Shown here piece by piece: positions 29,806 through 39,482 of a DNA stretch of 64,000 bases. The DNA comes from an uncultured Chlamydiae bacterium (GTDB lineage Bacteria; Chlamydiota; Chlamydiia; Chlamydiales; JAJFMB01). The notes under the pieces are model-generated. The model saw only the letters and a program-made list of their open reading frames with translations, was not told the origin of the DNA and searched no databases. Position 1 is the stretch's first letter, and each line of letters begins with the position of its first letter. A program made the translations under genes and the position numbers. The stretch covers positions 384,001 through 448,000 of the forward strand of contig CAVOJR010000001.1 in assembly GCA_963696295.1 (NCBI GenBank), read 5' to 3'.

Positions 29806-29901
29806 GATCCTCCCCACTGGATTGATTAGACTTTAAGAGAAAACGACCACTGCCGGCAGTGGGAATAGATCACTCTACTTCAAAATAATTGCTTTTCCCC
29901 A
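29806..29901 (+). repeat. Direct repeat A, copy 2
   Basis: Matches 28643-28734; contains the perfect palindrome CCACTGCCGGCAGTGG at 29847-29862. Confidence 0.95.
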
Positions 29902-29977
29902 AAAAAAACTTTTAATGACTATTTTACATCAAAAGCGATTGAAACTTGGCATTTATGACAAAAAAGGGTGCAAAGAG

Positions 29978-30044
29978 AGGAAATTCAAGAGTGGTCTGGT
30001 CTGCATTCCCTCGGTTCGCAGACCAGACCACTCTTGAATTTCCT
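29978..30044. repeat. Palindromic element, copy 1 (27-bp perfect arms, 13-nt loop)
   Basis: AGGAAATTCAAGAGTGGTCTGGTCTGC-N13-GCAGACCAGACCACTCTTGAATTTCCT. Confidence 0.95.
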
Positions 30045-30096
30045 ATACTTAGGAGCGCCGATCCCGTATATTTTCCGGCTTTACGAGGAAATACCC

Positions 30097-30918
30097 ATGA
30101 AAAGAATTTTATGCCTGTTAGCTATCCATCTCAACGTCTATGCCCATACCAACTGGCATGGAAACTATTATGCCGATCATTCCGATATGCAATATAGAAT
30201 GGCCATTGAAACTCTCAAATACCTCAATTTCCCCGCAAAGGCAAAAATTCTCGATATTGGATGCGGCGACGGACGCGTGACAAAATATATCTCCGATCTG
30301 GTTCCCGGGAGTCAAGTGATTGGCATTGATCGTTCTGCTTCAATGATAACGAAGGCTCAGCGCCACGCGCATAACCGGCTCTCCTTCATTCAAGCCGATG
30401 CCGTCGCTCTTCCCTTTGAATCGCAATTTGATTTTATCGTCTCTTTCAATTGCCTGCACTGGGTAGCCGATATTCAAACGGCGCTTACAAAAATTAACGA
30501 CGCTTTAGTGCCCGGCGGACTTGCGTGCATTTTAATCGCTCCCACCCAAGCCAGATATCCTATCCATCATATCATTGACAGCATAGCCAAGCAAGACCCC
30601 TGGAGCGCCTATTTTGGGCCTGCGCCCAGCGTCTTCACTCTTTATACCTTCGCAGAATGGGCCCGGCTCATTGAAGAGGCGGGCATGATTCCGGAACAAT
30701 TGCAGCTCGTGAGCGGCTCATTGGATTATCAAAACAAAACAACCTTTGGCAACTGGCTGGCCGGCTGGATCCCTTTTGGCACAATCCCTGAAAACCGCCG
30801 CAGCGAGTTTCTTCAAAATATCGTCGATGCCTACACAGCAATAACCCCATGTGAAGCAGATGGGACGGTGCATTTTTATCTGGATGAGTTAATGATCCTG
30901 GCTTCCGCCAAAAGTTAA
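30097..30918 (+). CDS. Class I SAM-dependent methyltransferase (trans-aconitate methyltransferase-like)
   Basis: ILDIGCGDG, GIDRS, FDFIVSFNCLHW, LVPGG; GAGG RBS before 30097. Confidence 0.9.
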   Translation: MKRILCLLAIHLNVYAHTNWHGNYYADHSDMQYRMAIETLKYLNFPAKAKILDIGCGDGRVTKYISDLVPGSQVIGIDRSASMITKAQRHAHNRLSFIQADAVALPFESQFDFIVSFNCLHWVADIQTALTKINDALVPGGLACILIAPTQARYPIHHIIDSIAKQDPWSAYFGPAPSVFTLYTFAEWARLIEEAGMIPEQLQLVSGSLDYQNKTTFGNWLAGWIPFGTIPENRRSEFLQNIVDAYTAITPCEADGTVHFYLDELMILASAKS

Positions 30919-31000
30919 GCTTTTGATATAGTACCGTAATCGTTACGGTAATCCGCCAATCCTCCTTTGATCTATACTGGTATGTTCACAGGAGATCAAG

Positions 31001-31864
31001 ATGGTACGAAAAAATATCCCGGTTCACTCCCATAAAGTCGCCACTTTTTCCGAAGGAGAGGGGGAAGCTGTCCTGCTGCTGCACGGCGGTCCCGGCTTTC
31101 CCAGCAACTACCTGGTCGATACCCATTCGTTTCTGGTAGAAGCGGGATATCGGATAGTCACGTGGGACCAGCTCGGTTGCGGAGAGTCTGATAAACCAAA
31201 TGATCCCGCCCTTTGGAACCTCCCCCGCTTTGTGGAAGAGGTGGAAACGGTCAGGGAAGCCTTAAATTTGGGCCCGGTGTATCTGCTGGGGCAATCGTGG
31301 GGCGGCGTGCTGGGTCTGGAGTATTGCTTAACCTATCCAGATAAGGTTAAAGCCTTTATCGCAGCCGACACCGCCTTTGACCTGATTCAAATGCAAAGGG
31401 GTTTTGAGCGAAAAAAACTATCTCTTGGGGAAGAGACGTGCACCATGATGGCCAGGCGGGAGGCTGAAGGGACCATCCAGCACCCCGAGTATCTGGCTGC
31501 GCAAACCCTGCTGATGTACCGCCACATGTGCCGGGCGGAAAAGTGGCCGGAAGTGCTCAATTACTGCTTTGCCAACATCGCCAAGCCCGTGATGTCAAAA
31601 ATGTTCGGCCCCCACTTCTTTAACTGCACCGGCAACATCAGAAATTACAACCGGATGGATCAATTGCCGGATATGCAGATCCACACCCTCATCATCCATG
31701 GGGAGCACGATTATATCCTCCCGGAAATCGCAACCAAAGCGTGCGATCTGCTGCCGAACGGAGAGCTCGTCCTGCTCCGCCACTGCTCCCATCTGCCCTT
31801 TTATGAAGACCCTCAAGCCTACAACCAGGCGGTCCTTAACTTTTTAACCCGGATGAAAAAATGA
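31001..31864 (+). CDS. Proline iminopeptidase-family alpha/beta hydrolase
   Basis: HGGPG, DQLGCGES, GQSWGG, GEHD, SHLP. Confidence 0.9.
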   Translation: MVRKNIPVHSHKVATFSEGEGEAVLLLHGGPGFPSNYLVDTHSFLVEAGYRIVTWDQLGCGESDKPNDPALWNLPRFVEEVETVREALNLGPVYLLGQSWGGVLGLEYCLTYPDKVKAFIAADTAFDLIQMQRGFERKKLSLGEETCTMMARREAEGTIQHPEYLAAQTLLMYRHMCRAEKWPEVLNYCFANIAKPVMSKMFGPHFFNCTGNIRNYNRMDQLPDMQIHTLIIHGEHDYILPEIATKACDLLPNGELVLLRHCSHLPFYEDPQAYNQAVLNFLTRMKK

Positions 31865-32526
31865 AAACTTTGCAAGAACTGGAAAACTTTTACCACATGA
31901 TGCACCCCGCCCAAGAGAACACTGAGGAGGCTTTCGCCTGGTTTACCGGCCTGCCACACCCCCTTTTTAATGCCGTCATGCATCTCAAAGAGGAAAAAAA
32001 GATTGATCATTTTATCGCTCCCCATATCTCTTTTTGGGTGGAAGGGGAAAACGCCTTGAGCGCGGCGCTAAAAAAGCGGGGATTCCAGGCGGTGATGAGC
32101 TGCCCTCTCATGACCTGGCAGACTGCCTCCCTGCCGGCGCCAAATCAGACCATCGCTCCCGCCGACGCCGAATTTCATTCTATCGTTGCGAAGACTTTTC
32201 AATTTGACCAAACTGTCAAAGAGGGGTTTGCCAAATTGGTCGCGAATGTCGAAGCGGAGAACTATCTCATTTATGCGGAAGGCAAACCTGTCGGGACGGG
32301 CACGCTCATCCCCAATGGGAAAACCGGGGGCATTTTTAATCTCGCCGTCCTTCCCGAATATCAAAGAAGGGGCTTGGGACGGGCCATGATGCAGTTTCTC
32401 ATGCACAGAGCCGCCAAACTTCACCTGGAAAAAGTGGTTTTGCTAAGCTCCCCCATAGCCGAAAAGCTTTACGCAAGTCTTGGTTTTACAAAATCTACGG
32501 CACTTGATATATACATTAGCTTATGA
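31861..32526 (+). CDS. GNAT acetyltransferase
   Basis: GIFNLAVLPEYQRRGLG, LYASLGF. Confidence 0.9.
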   Translation: MKTLQELENFYHMMHPAQENTEEAFAWFTGLPHPLFNAVMHLKEEKKIDHFIAPHISFWVEGENALSAALKKRGFQAVMSCPLMTWQTASLPAPNQTIAPADAEFHSIVAKTFQFDQTVKEGFAKLVANVEAENYLIYAEGKPVGTGTLIPNGKTGGIFNLAVLPEYQRRGLGRAMMQFLMHRAAKLHLEKVVLLSSPIAEKLYASLGFTKSTALDIYISL

Positions 32527-33320
32527 AGAACGATGAAAGCTATTGGGACGAAAAACTGGTCAGAACCTATGTCCACAACTCCGAAATGCAGCGGCGCTGG
32601 GCTATCGCCTTCTTAGCTGATCATTTGAAGGGGTTGAAAGGGGATGAACGCGTGCTGGATGTCGGCTGCGGGGATGGCCGGATTACGGCCGACCTCTCCC
32701 GGTTCGTTCCCGGAGGTTTTGCGACCGGGATAGACCCTTCAGAGGCGATGCTGGATTGGGCCGGAAAGCAATACCACTCCCTGGAATACCCCAACTTGAG
32801 CTTTAAAAAAGGGGGATTTTTAAATCCCGGAAAAGACCAATTCGATCTCGTCATCAGTTGCTGCGCCTTCCAACAATGCCCAGAACAAGAGAGAGGTTTG
32901 AGCCGGCTGGCTGATCTGGTGAAACCGGGCGGCAAATTGCTCCTTACAATGCCCGCCTCTTTCAATCCCGCCTGGAATCAAGCCGCAAAAAATATCCAGG
33001 CTGCCCCCAAGTGGTCCCGCTACTGGCAAGGAGGGGCGCAATGGGCCAGACTGAGCGCCAAGGAAATCGCCTCAATTCTTGAATCAAAAGGCTTTACTGT
33101 GCATGCGCGAGAGAATCATACCAAAGACCCCTTTATCGACCGGGAGGAATTAGCGGGCATGCTGCGAGGCATTTATCCCTCCGTTCTACCGGAGGAGTTG
33201 GAAGGACAATTTTTTCAGGAGTTGATCGACGAATATCTCCGCTTACGGCCTGAGGGAATGGAGAGTTCAGGCGTCATTTATCTCGAATGCGGCTATATAA
33301 GCATCGCAGCGAATCTGTAA
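32523..33320 (+). CDS. Class I SAM-dependent methyltransferase
   Basis: VLDVGCGDG, GIDPS, FDLVIS, VKPGG. Confidence 0.9.
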   Translation: MKNDESYWDEKLVRTYVHNSEMQRRWAIAFLADHLKGLKGDERVLDVGCGDGRITADLSRFVPGGFATGIDPSEAMLDWAGKQYHSLEYPNLSFKKGGFLNPGKDQFDLVISCCAFQQCPEQERGLSRLADLVKPGGKLLLTMPASFNPAWNQAAKNIQAAPKWSRYWQGGAQWARLSAKEIASILESKGFTVHARENHTKDPFIDREELAGMLRGIYPSVLPEELEGQFFQELIDEYLRLRPEGMESSGVIYLECGYISIAANL

Positions 33321-33343
33321 ATGGTGCAATTTTCGCACACTTC

Positions 33344-33372
33344 TTGCCATAAATTGACAAATATAGTACACT
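33344..33372 (+). promoter_or_regulatory. Putative promoter of the XRE-ImmA/PIN pair
   Basis: TTGCCA-N17-TACACT. Confidence 0.5.
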
Positions 33373-33385
33373 TAAGCCAGAGTAC

Positions 33386-34615
33386 ATGGAAGAAATTATG
33401 GATAAAAAACACCTGGGAAAAAAAATTCAACTCGAGAGAAAGAAAAGGGGTTTAACTCAAGAATATGTCGAAAAACACTTGGGACTTCCTCAAAAAGCTA
33501 TGTCTCGAATTGAAGCAGGGGAAAGAAATCCTTCAACGCTCGAACTAGCAAAATTGAGCGAGTTATTTCATTTATCCATTGCAGATTTTTTCAAAGGTGA
33601 TGAATCTGATGAAGATCCTCTCATTGCTTTGCATCGGATAGCACCTGGATTAGAGCAAGACCCTGTCATTCAAGAAGAAGTAAACCGCTGTGTTCTTCTT
33701 TGCAAAGAAGCAATTTTTTTGGAAAAACTATTAGAGCAACCTTCAAGACCCTGCGTGACTTTTTCTTCATTTGCAAAACCCTCTAATCTTTCCGAAGCGA
33801 TCAGACAAGGGGATCAAGCTGCAAAAGAAGAACGTAGAAGGCTAGGTTTGGGCGGCATTCCCCTTTCGGAGATTTTTGAACTGCTGACTTCACAAGGAGT
33901 TTGGTGTGCAGCAACTCAATTGCCTCCTGAAATGTCCGGCCTTTTTATATACCACTCCTCGATCGGAAGGGTAATCCTTGTAAACCTTTTCCATAATAAA
34001 GCAAGACAAAAATTTTCATGTGCTCATGAATACGCACACGCACTCTTCGATACGGATCATCAGGTTATGATTTCCAATAGCCAAAATTCTTCAGAATTTA
34101 TAGAAAAACGAGCCAACGCCTTTGCCGCATCCTTTCTGATGCCTGAAGAGGGGATTCAGGAAATAATGGCTTTTTTGAATAAAGGATCACAGAGTAGAAA
34201 TCTTAGTTCCATCTATGATGTGTCTACGCAAGGAATTATCGAGAATGAAGAGCGGCGGCTGGTGAAAAACCAAAAACTTTTACCCCAAGATATAGCGGTT
34301 ATCGCTAACCGTTTTGGAGTCAGTTACCAAGCGGCAGTCTATCGTTTACACAGTTTGCGCTTTTTATCTCAAAAGGAACGGGAGGACTTAATGGGAGAAG
34401 AAAGCAAAGGAAAGGATTATCTTCATCTTTTGGATCTGGATTTAGAACAAACGGGTCAGAATCAATCTAACTTGCGCGAGCTAAGAACTTATGTTTCACG
34501 TTTAGTCATAGAAGCTTATAGGCAAGAAAAAATATCACGCGGCCGAGTTATTGAGATAAGTAAACTTCTGAAATTGCCCCCTCAAAAACTGATAGAACTC
34601 GCTAATAATGAATAA
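33386..34615 (+). CDS. XRE-family HTH fused to ImmA/IrrE (M78) metallopeptidase
   Basis: RKKRGLTQ...SRIEAGER HTH; RQKFSCAHEYAH, EKRANAFAASFLMP, FGVSYQA. Confidence 0.92.
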   Translation: MEEIMDKKHLGKKIQLERKKRGLTQEYVEKHLGLPQKAMSRIEAGERNPSTLELAKLSELFHLSIADFFKGDESDEDPLIALHRIAPGLEQDPVIQEEVNRCVLLCKEAIFLEKLLEQPSRPCVTFSSFAKPSNLSEAIRQGDQAAKEERRRLGLGGIPLSEIFELLTSQGVWCAATQLPPEMSGLFIYHSSIGRVILVNLFHNKARQKFSCAHEYAHALFDTDHQVMISNSQNSSEFIEKRANAFAASFLMPEEGIQEIMAFLNKGSQSRNLSSIYDVSTQGIIENEERRLVKNQKLLPQDIAVIANRFGVSYQAAVYRLHSLRFLSQKEREDLMGEESKGKDYLHLLDLDLEQTGQNQSNLRELRTYVSRLVIEAYRQEKISRGRVIEISKLLKLPPQKLIELANNE

Positions 34616-35132
34616 GCCCATCTCCCGCGACTCTTCTGTTCTTATCAATTTTCTTCGGATCAATCGTCTCGATCTGTTTGAAAAATGTTCCTATTCCTTT
34701 TTTATTACAGACCACGTTCAGGATGAAATTTCTACTTGTTTCCCCGATCAACTTGATTGCTTAATGAGAGGTTTAAATCAAAATACTCTTCAAAAAGTCA
34801 ATGTAGAGTCTCCAAAAGAATTTTCCGTTTTTGCCGACTTATGCCAAAGCGGGCAACTGGGCGCAGGTGAATGTGCTGCAATTGCTGTCGCCAGTTGTCG
34901 AGAGTATTGCTTGGCGATTGATGACACTCAGGCAATCAAAAAAACTAAAGATCTTCTCCCTCCATCCAGTCTAGTGCGTACTCAAGATCTCATATTAATT
35001 ATGATTCAAGAACAATTACTAGATATAGAAGAGGCGGATAAACTGAAAGAAACATGGGCAATGCAACATCGATTTAAATTGAAAATTAAAAGTTTTAGCG
35101 AATTAGTTCATTCAATAAAAATTCATACTTGA
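34608..35132 (+). CDS. PIN-domain protein
   Basis: DSSVLINF, VQDEI, LGAGECAAIAVA, LAIDD. Confidence 0.8.
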   Translation: MNKPISRDSSVLINFLRINRLDLFEKCSYSFFITDHVQDEISTCFPDQLDCLMRGLNQNTLQKVNVESPKEFSVFADLCQSGQLGAGECAAIAVASCREYCLAIDDTQAIKKTKDLLPPSSLVRTQDLILIMIQEQLLDIEEADKLKETWAMQHRFKLKIKSFSELVHSIKIHT

Positions 35133-35178
35133 AAACTAATTTATTTTTTGTTATAATTTTAGCTTTTTTGGAGTTTCT

Positions 35179-36720
35179 ATGAAAACCAGCTTCAATATAG
35201 ATTTTTATCGCACCCATTGGGAAAAGCAATTAAACGACATTCCCATGGGACGGCTTGATAAACTTTCCGCTTTCGCCAAAAATTTGTTTAAAGATGTCGC
35301 TTTTCTCAGCGGTATTGGCGCGGCGGGATACTTGCTGGCTACTCGAGTCGTAACACCTGCTTTTCTTGGATTAAGCGCCCTGACCGTCTCATTGGCGGCC
35401 TTAAGCTCTCTCTTTAAGGACAGGAAGCAGGAGGACAAGAAGCTTATTAAGAAAGGAATGGACATCGCTATCGATATTTATACGTACACCCGCAGCTATG
35501 TCGAACTAAAGGAAAAGCTTAAGAATTTGCCAGAGGTAAAACAACTTTTTAGCGGCAGTGTGGTGCTCAATGAGCTGTTCAGAAAGTATATGGCCGATAG
35601 TCGAAAATATACGGAAACAAGAGACGGATTGCTGGTTGATCATAAATTCGAATTTGAATTTGACGATACAAATAAACAAAAGCTGGTAGAAAAGATCAAT
35701 AAACAGATACGCCTGGAAAATTTCCCAATACTCGCTGCCGATCACGGATTGGGAATCAAGAGCCAGCTCCAAAATATGGGGGCCGACTTAGAGCTCGTCC
35801 GTCAAAAAGCCTACAAAGGGTCTGACATAAGCGGCTACGACGAAGATGTGGTAAAAATTCTCCAAAAGGCCATTCTGGAACAGTGCTTTGATGCAAAATA
35901 CTCTATTGCTGAAGCCATGAAGCAAGAAGCCGTAATCAAGCTGAATATCTCAAAGCAACAGATGGTAAACTTCTATTTAGAAAAAGTTTACGTTTCTCCG
36001 GAGGAGGATTGGCTCCCCTTCATTGACAAAACTTTGCTCGTGAAGCGCTTTCTGGCTTTGGATTTTAAGCAAATGAACCAATACAAAGCCGACGCTCAAA
36101 AGATCGGGGTGGATAACATCGAGGAGCTGCTGCAGGAAAGGTTCAATAGTGACATGCTGAAAATCACAAACTTTAGTCAAATACCACCGGGGAGTGATCA
36201 ATACCTCGCCGTTTTCGCCAATGCCCATAAAGCGCATATGCATAAAATCGTCATCGGCGATCTCGTGACAAAATCTTATCTGCTCGATGCCAATGACCCG
36301 GTTTGCGCCTATCTCACACCGGAAATGAAAGCCGTGATTGAGAAAGCTTGCGAAAGCCACAAGAAAGAACTGGAATCGTATGAAAAAAATATAGCGAAAG
36401 TTGAGAAAATAAGAGGGGAACACCTCGACGTCCTTCCTTATACTCAAGGTCTTGAAGACGCCCTCGAGGTGACAAGAGCGAACATAAAAAACCTCTCTCA
36501 CAATCCTATAAAGCAAAAAGAGGAAGAGGAACAGGCTGAGCTTTTAGAAAAACAGATCAAGAAAATGAAAGCCGCTACGGCTGAGATTAATCAGAAGGCT
36601 AGAGACAACTTAAATAAACGATGCGATGAACAATTAGCCTTTTGGAAAACTTGGTTTGAGGGGAATACGCAGAATATTCAATACAGCTACCAGGCCGAAC
36701 TCCGTAAATTAAAACCCTAA
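35179..36720 (+). CDS. Inc-like protein: bilobed hydrophobic segment plus coiled coil
   Basis: About 40-aa hydrophobic stretch VAFLSGIGAAGYLLATRVVTPAFLGLSALTVSLAALSSLF; charged helical C-terminus. Confidence 0.55.
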   Translation: MKTSFNIDFYRTHWEKQLNDIPMGRLDKLSAFAKNLFKDVAFLSGIGAAGYLLATRVVTPAFLGLSALTVSLAALSSLFKDRKQEDKKLIKKGMDIAIDIYTYTRSYVELKEKLKNLPEVKQLFSGSVVLNELFRKYMADSRKYTETRDGLLVDHKFEFEFDDTNKQKLVEKINKQIRLENFPILAADHGLGIKSQLQNMGADLELVRQKAYKGSDISGYDEDVVKILQKAILEQCFDAKYSIAEAMKQEAVIKLNISKQQMVNFYLEKVYVSPEEDWLPFIDKTLLVKRFLALDFKQMNQYKADAQKIGVDNIEELLQERFNSDMLKITNFSQIPPGSDQYLAVFANAHKAHMHKIVIGDLVTKSYLLDANDPVCAYLTPEMKAVIEKACESHKKELESYEKNIAKVEKIRGEHLDVLPYTQGLEDALEVTRANIKNLSHNPIKQKEEEEQAELLEKQIKKMKAATAEINQKARDNLNKRCDEQLAFWKTWFEGNTQNIQYSYQAELRKLKP

Positions 36721-37482
36721 AATCGCCCGGGCGACCTCTTGGGGCACCTCCAGCGGGCTGGAATGCCCCCCCTGCAGGCTTTTTTGCCCTGCCTGCAAAA
36801 AATGGGGCGCCAGTTGGGCGCACTCCTCAGGCAGACAGACAATATCCTCCTTCGAGGAAATAAGAAGGGACGGCACGGAGATGGGCTTGGAAAAACGGGA
36901 GATGTCAAACCCTTTAATGGCCTCTAATTGCCGCTCCAGATCCTCAATTTTTTGGGGGTAGGGATTGTTCATAATGCTCTTTTTAAAAGCGGCGATATTT
37001 TCCTTATTCTCCAGGTAGCGGGGAGAAAAAAACCAGGGCGCGCTGGTTTCTATCACAGTTTCTATGCGGGCATTTTCTTTAAGCAGCTTAAGAAAGCTTT
37101 CCAGAGCCATCAAGGTGCGCCGGTTTGTTTTTCCCGCGGAATTGAGGAGGATGAGCTTGCTGATGGCCTGAGGATATTTTTTTCCTATGATTTGCGCGAT
37201 CATTCCTCCCATCGACTGTCCGACGATGACGGGGCGGGTGATTTTGAGGGCCGAAAAAAGCTTTACGGTTTCATCGGCCATGAGCTCCAGGGAAAGGGGA
37301 GCGCCATCATCCACGGTCCGCCCGACCGCTCTATTGTCAAAAGCCAAAACCTGATGCTTTTTGATGAGCTCATCGAACACGGCGTTCCAAAAAGTGTGGT
37401 CGCAGGCATATCCGGCTATCAGGACAATGGGTTCTCCCCGCCCTTCCAGCCGGTAAAAGTAGCTAGCTTGATTGATGTGCAT
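36709..37482 (-). CDS. Alpha/beta hydrolase
   Basis: FDNRAVGR, GQSMGG, ED, GGH. Confidence 0.9.
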   Translation of the reverse strand: MHINQASYFYRLEGRGEPIVLIAGYACDHTFWNAVFDELIKKHQVLAFDNRAVGRTVDDGAPLSLELMADETVKLFSALKITRPVIVGQSMGGMIAQIIGKKYPQAISKLILLNSAGKTNRRTLMALESFLKLLKENARIETVIETSAPWFFSPRYLENKENIAAFKKSIMNNPYPQKIEDLERQLEAIKGFDISRFSKPISVPSLLISSKEDIVCLPEECAQLAPHFLQAGQKSLQGGHSSPLEVPQEVARAILGF

Positions 37483-38665
37483 ACTTGATAAACACCCAGT
37501 AGACGAAGAGGTTCACTAAAGTGAAGGGTATGCCATATTTGGCAAATTGAAAAAAGGAAAATGCCTTTTCCCCTCTTTTTTCGGCGTTTTGAATGATGAT
37601 AATATTGCTCGCGGCGCCAAAGATCAAAAAATTTCCGGCTATGGTGCTGCCGCAGGCCAGGGACATCAGCGAGGCGACTTCCTGCGATTGCTCCTGCAAA
37701 ACCGGAAGATAGAGCGCCACCATGGGCACGTTGGAAATCAGCTGGCTCAAAAGGAGGCTCACCAGCATTATCTCATACTGTTCCCCTTCAAAAGGGGGCA
37801 GGTAATGCTTTAAGGCGGATGTGCGCCAGACGCTCTCCATCAAAATAAACATCGCCATAAAGAAAACGAGCGTATGCCAGTCAATGAAAGAGAGAATCCG
37901 CTTTCTTTCCGGGCTGAAAAAAAGGATGAGGGCGGCGGGTATCAGCGCAATCAAAGAAAGGGGCAGGCGCCAGGGGGCCGCGATATTGAAAGCGATCAAG
38001 AGAAAGATCAGCGCGAGGGCTATATAGGCTAAATTTTTAAGGGGGGGATTGACAGGAGGCGCTTCGATTTCGAGATGGGCCGGTTTTTCTTTGCGCATGA
38101 GAAAAAAAAAGAGGAAGAATAAAAGTAGCAAGTTGATCAAAGTCGGCAGGGCTAGATAGCGAAAAAAGGCCTTAAAAGGGGAGGAGAGGTCCGCATTGAC
38201 GGCTATAAAGAGATTTTGCGGGTTTCCGATCGGCGACATCACGCTGCCGATAGTGACCGAAAAGGCGAGCAGCAGCAAAAGCCGCTCCAATGAAAGCCCC
38301 CTTTGACGGGCCACCGCCACCAATAATGGGGTGCCGATAATCGCCACGGTGTCGTTCATCAAAATGGCCGAAAGGAGGCCGGAGCCGAAGATAATGAGCA
38401 GTCCCAAAACGGGAAGGGAACATTTTACAACCCCAAAAGCCCCCGACTCTTCCAGCGCCTGTCCGACAACAAACATCCCGAACAAAAAAAAGATGACATT
38501 CCACTCAATGGACTCCCAGGCTTGGGGAAGAGATATTTGCCCGGTCAGCAGAACGACGCCTGCGCCAATCGTCATCATTTGCCAAATTTGAAGGGGGATG
38601 CGGAAGAGCTGCCTTAAGGCAATTCCCAAAAAAACGGCGAGCAACACAATCAGAGAAATAGACAT
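37463..38665 (-). CDS. ArsB/NhaD/CitMHS-type anion permease
   Basis: SAILMND, GSVMSPIGNPQN, LISNVP, STIAGN...GAASNII. Confidence 0.9.
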   Translation of the reverse strand: MSISLIVLLAVFLGIALRQLFRIPLQIWQMMTIGAGVVLLTGQISLPQAWESIEWNVIFFLFGMFVVGQALEESGAFGVVKCSLPVLGLLIIFGSGLLSAILMNDTVAIIGTPLLVAVARQRGLSLERLLLLLAFSVTIGSVMSPIGNPQNLFIAVNADLSSPFKAFFRYLALPTLINLLLLFFLFFFLMRKEKPAHLEIEAPPVNPPLKNLAYIALALIFLLIAFNIAAPWRLPLSLIALIPAALILFFSPERKRILSFIDWHTLVFFMAMFILMESVWRTSALKHYLPPFEGEQYEIMLVSLLLSQLISNVPMVALYLPVLQEQSQEVASLMSLACGSTIAGNFLIFGAASNIIIIQNAEKRGEKAFSFFQFAKYGIPFTLVNLFVYWVFIKYAHQSS

Positions 38666-38741
38666 AGGACAATTTTAACTGATTTTTATTTTCAGAAAAA
38701 GTCTAATCTTGTATAATAATTGCTTTTTGTTGAGTGTTATT

Positions 38742-39482
38742 TTGAAACTGATCAGTTCCATTAAAGATCCCGCCTTTGAAGAATTAAGGAGAAACCGCAC
38801 CGTAAACGGGCGGAGGGAATTCCACACGTTCGTGATAGAAAATGAGGAGATGATCGCTCAGGCCGTTGAGGCCGGATTCGCGCTCAAAGCCGTTTATGCC
38901 GCTCAACCCCTATCCAGGAAACTGGCAACGCCGAATTTGTATGAGATCTCTCAGGGGATGATGGCGAAAGTCTTCAGCAATGAAACTCCCGGCGTGGCCG
39001 CCCTGGCCTTCAAAAAAGAAACCTTTTTGTCAAAAAAACCTTTGCTGCTCGTGCTGGATCAGATCCAAAACTGCAACAATATGGGCATGATTTTGCGCTC
39101 GGCCGAAGCGTTCGGCGTGGAAGGGGTGATTGTCATCCCCCATCCGACGGCCGACCTTTATGACCGCAACGTGATCAAAGCCTCAATGGGATCGTTTTTT
39201 CGCCTGCCCATAACTCTCTGTTCGGCCGATGAGGCTATAGAGTTTCTGAAAAAGAATAAAATTAACATCATCAGCACGGTTCCCGACACCGAACTCACCC
39301 TTGAGGCCGTGGGCAACGCCCTTCCCGCGGCTTTAGTGGTCGGCAATGAAACCCATGGCGTTTCAGACCCCTTTATCCGGGGCGCGGACACCTTGATCTC
39401 CATTCCGATGAAGGGGAAAATTCAGTCGCTGAATGTCGTTGTCGCCGCGTCGCTTTGCCTTTATCACTGGGGTATTAAATGA
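38742..39482 (+). CDS. TrmH/SpoU-family RNA methyltransferase
   Basis: NMGMILRSA, ASMGS, GNETHGVS, IPM...SLNV; start uncertain. Confidence 0.9.
   Translation: MKLISSIKDPAFEELRRNRTVNGRREFHTFVIENEEMIAQAVEAGFALKAVYAAQPLSRKLATPNLYEISQGMMAKVFSNETPGVAALAFKKETFLSKKPLLLVLDQIQNCNNMGMILRSAEAFGVEGVIVIPHPTADLYDRNVIKASMGSFFRLPITLCSADEAIEFLKKNKINIISTVPDTELTLEAVGNALPAALVVGNETHGVSDPFIRGADTLISIPMKGKIQSLNVVVAASLCLYHWGIK

Noticed and set aside
29946..30096. ORF extensions running through the palindrome, and the similar ORF at 59858-60082
   Set aside because: They result from the stop-poor palindrome; the methyltransferase has a better start with an RBS at 30097.
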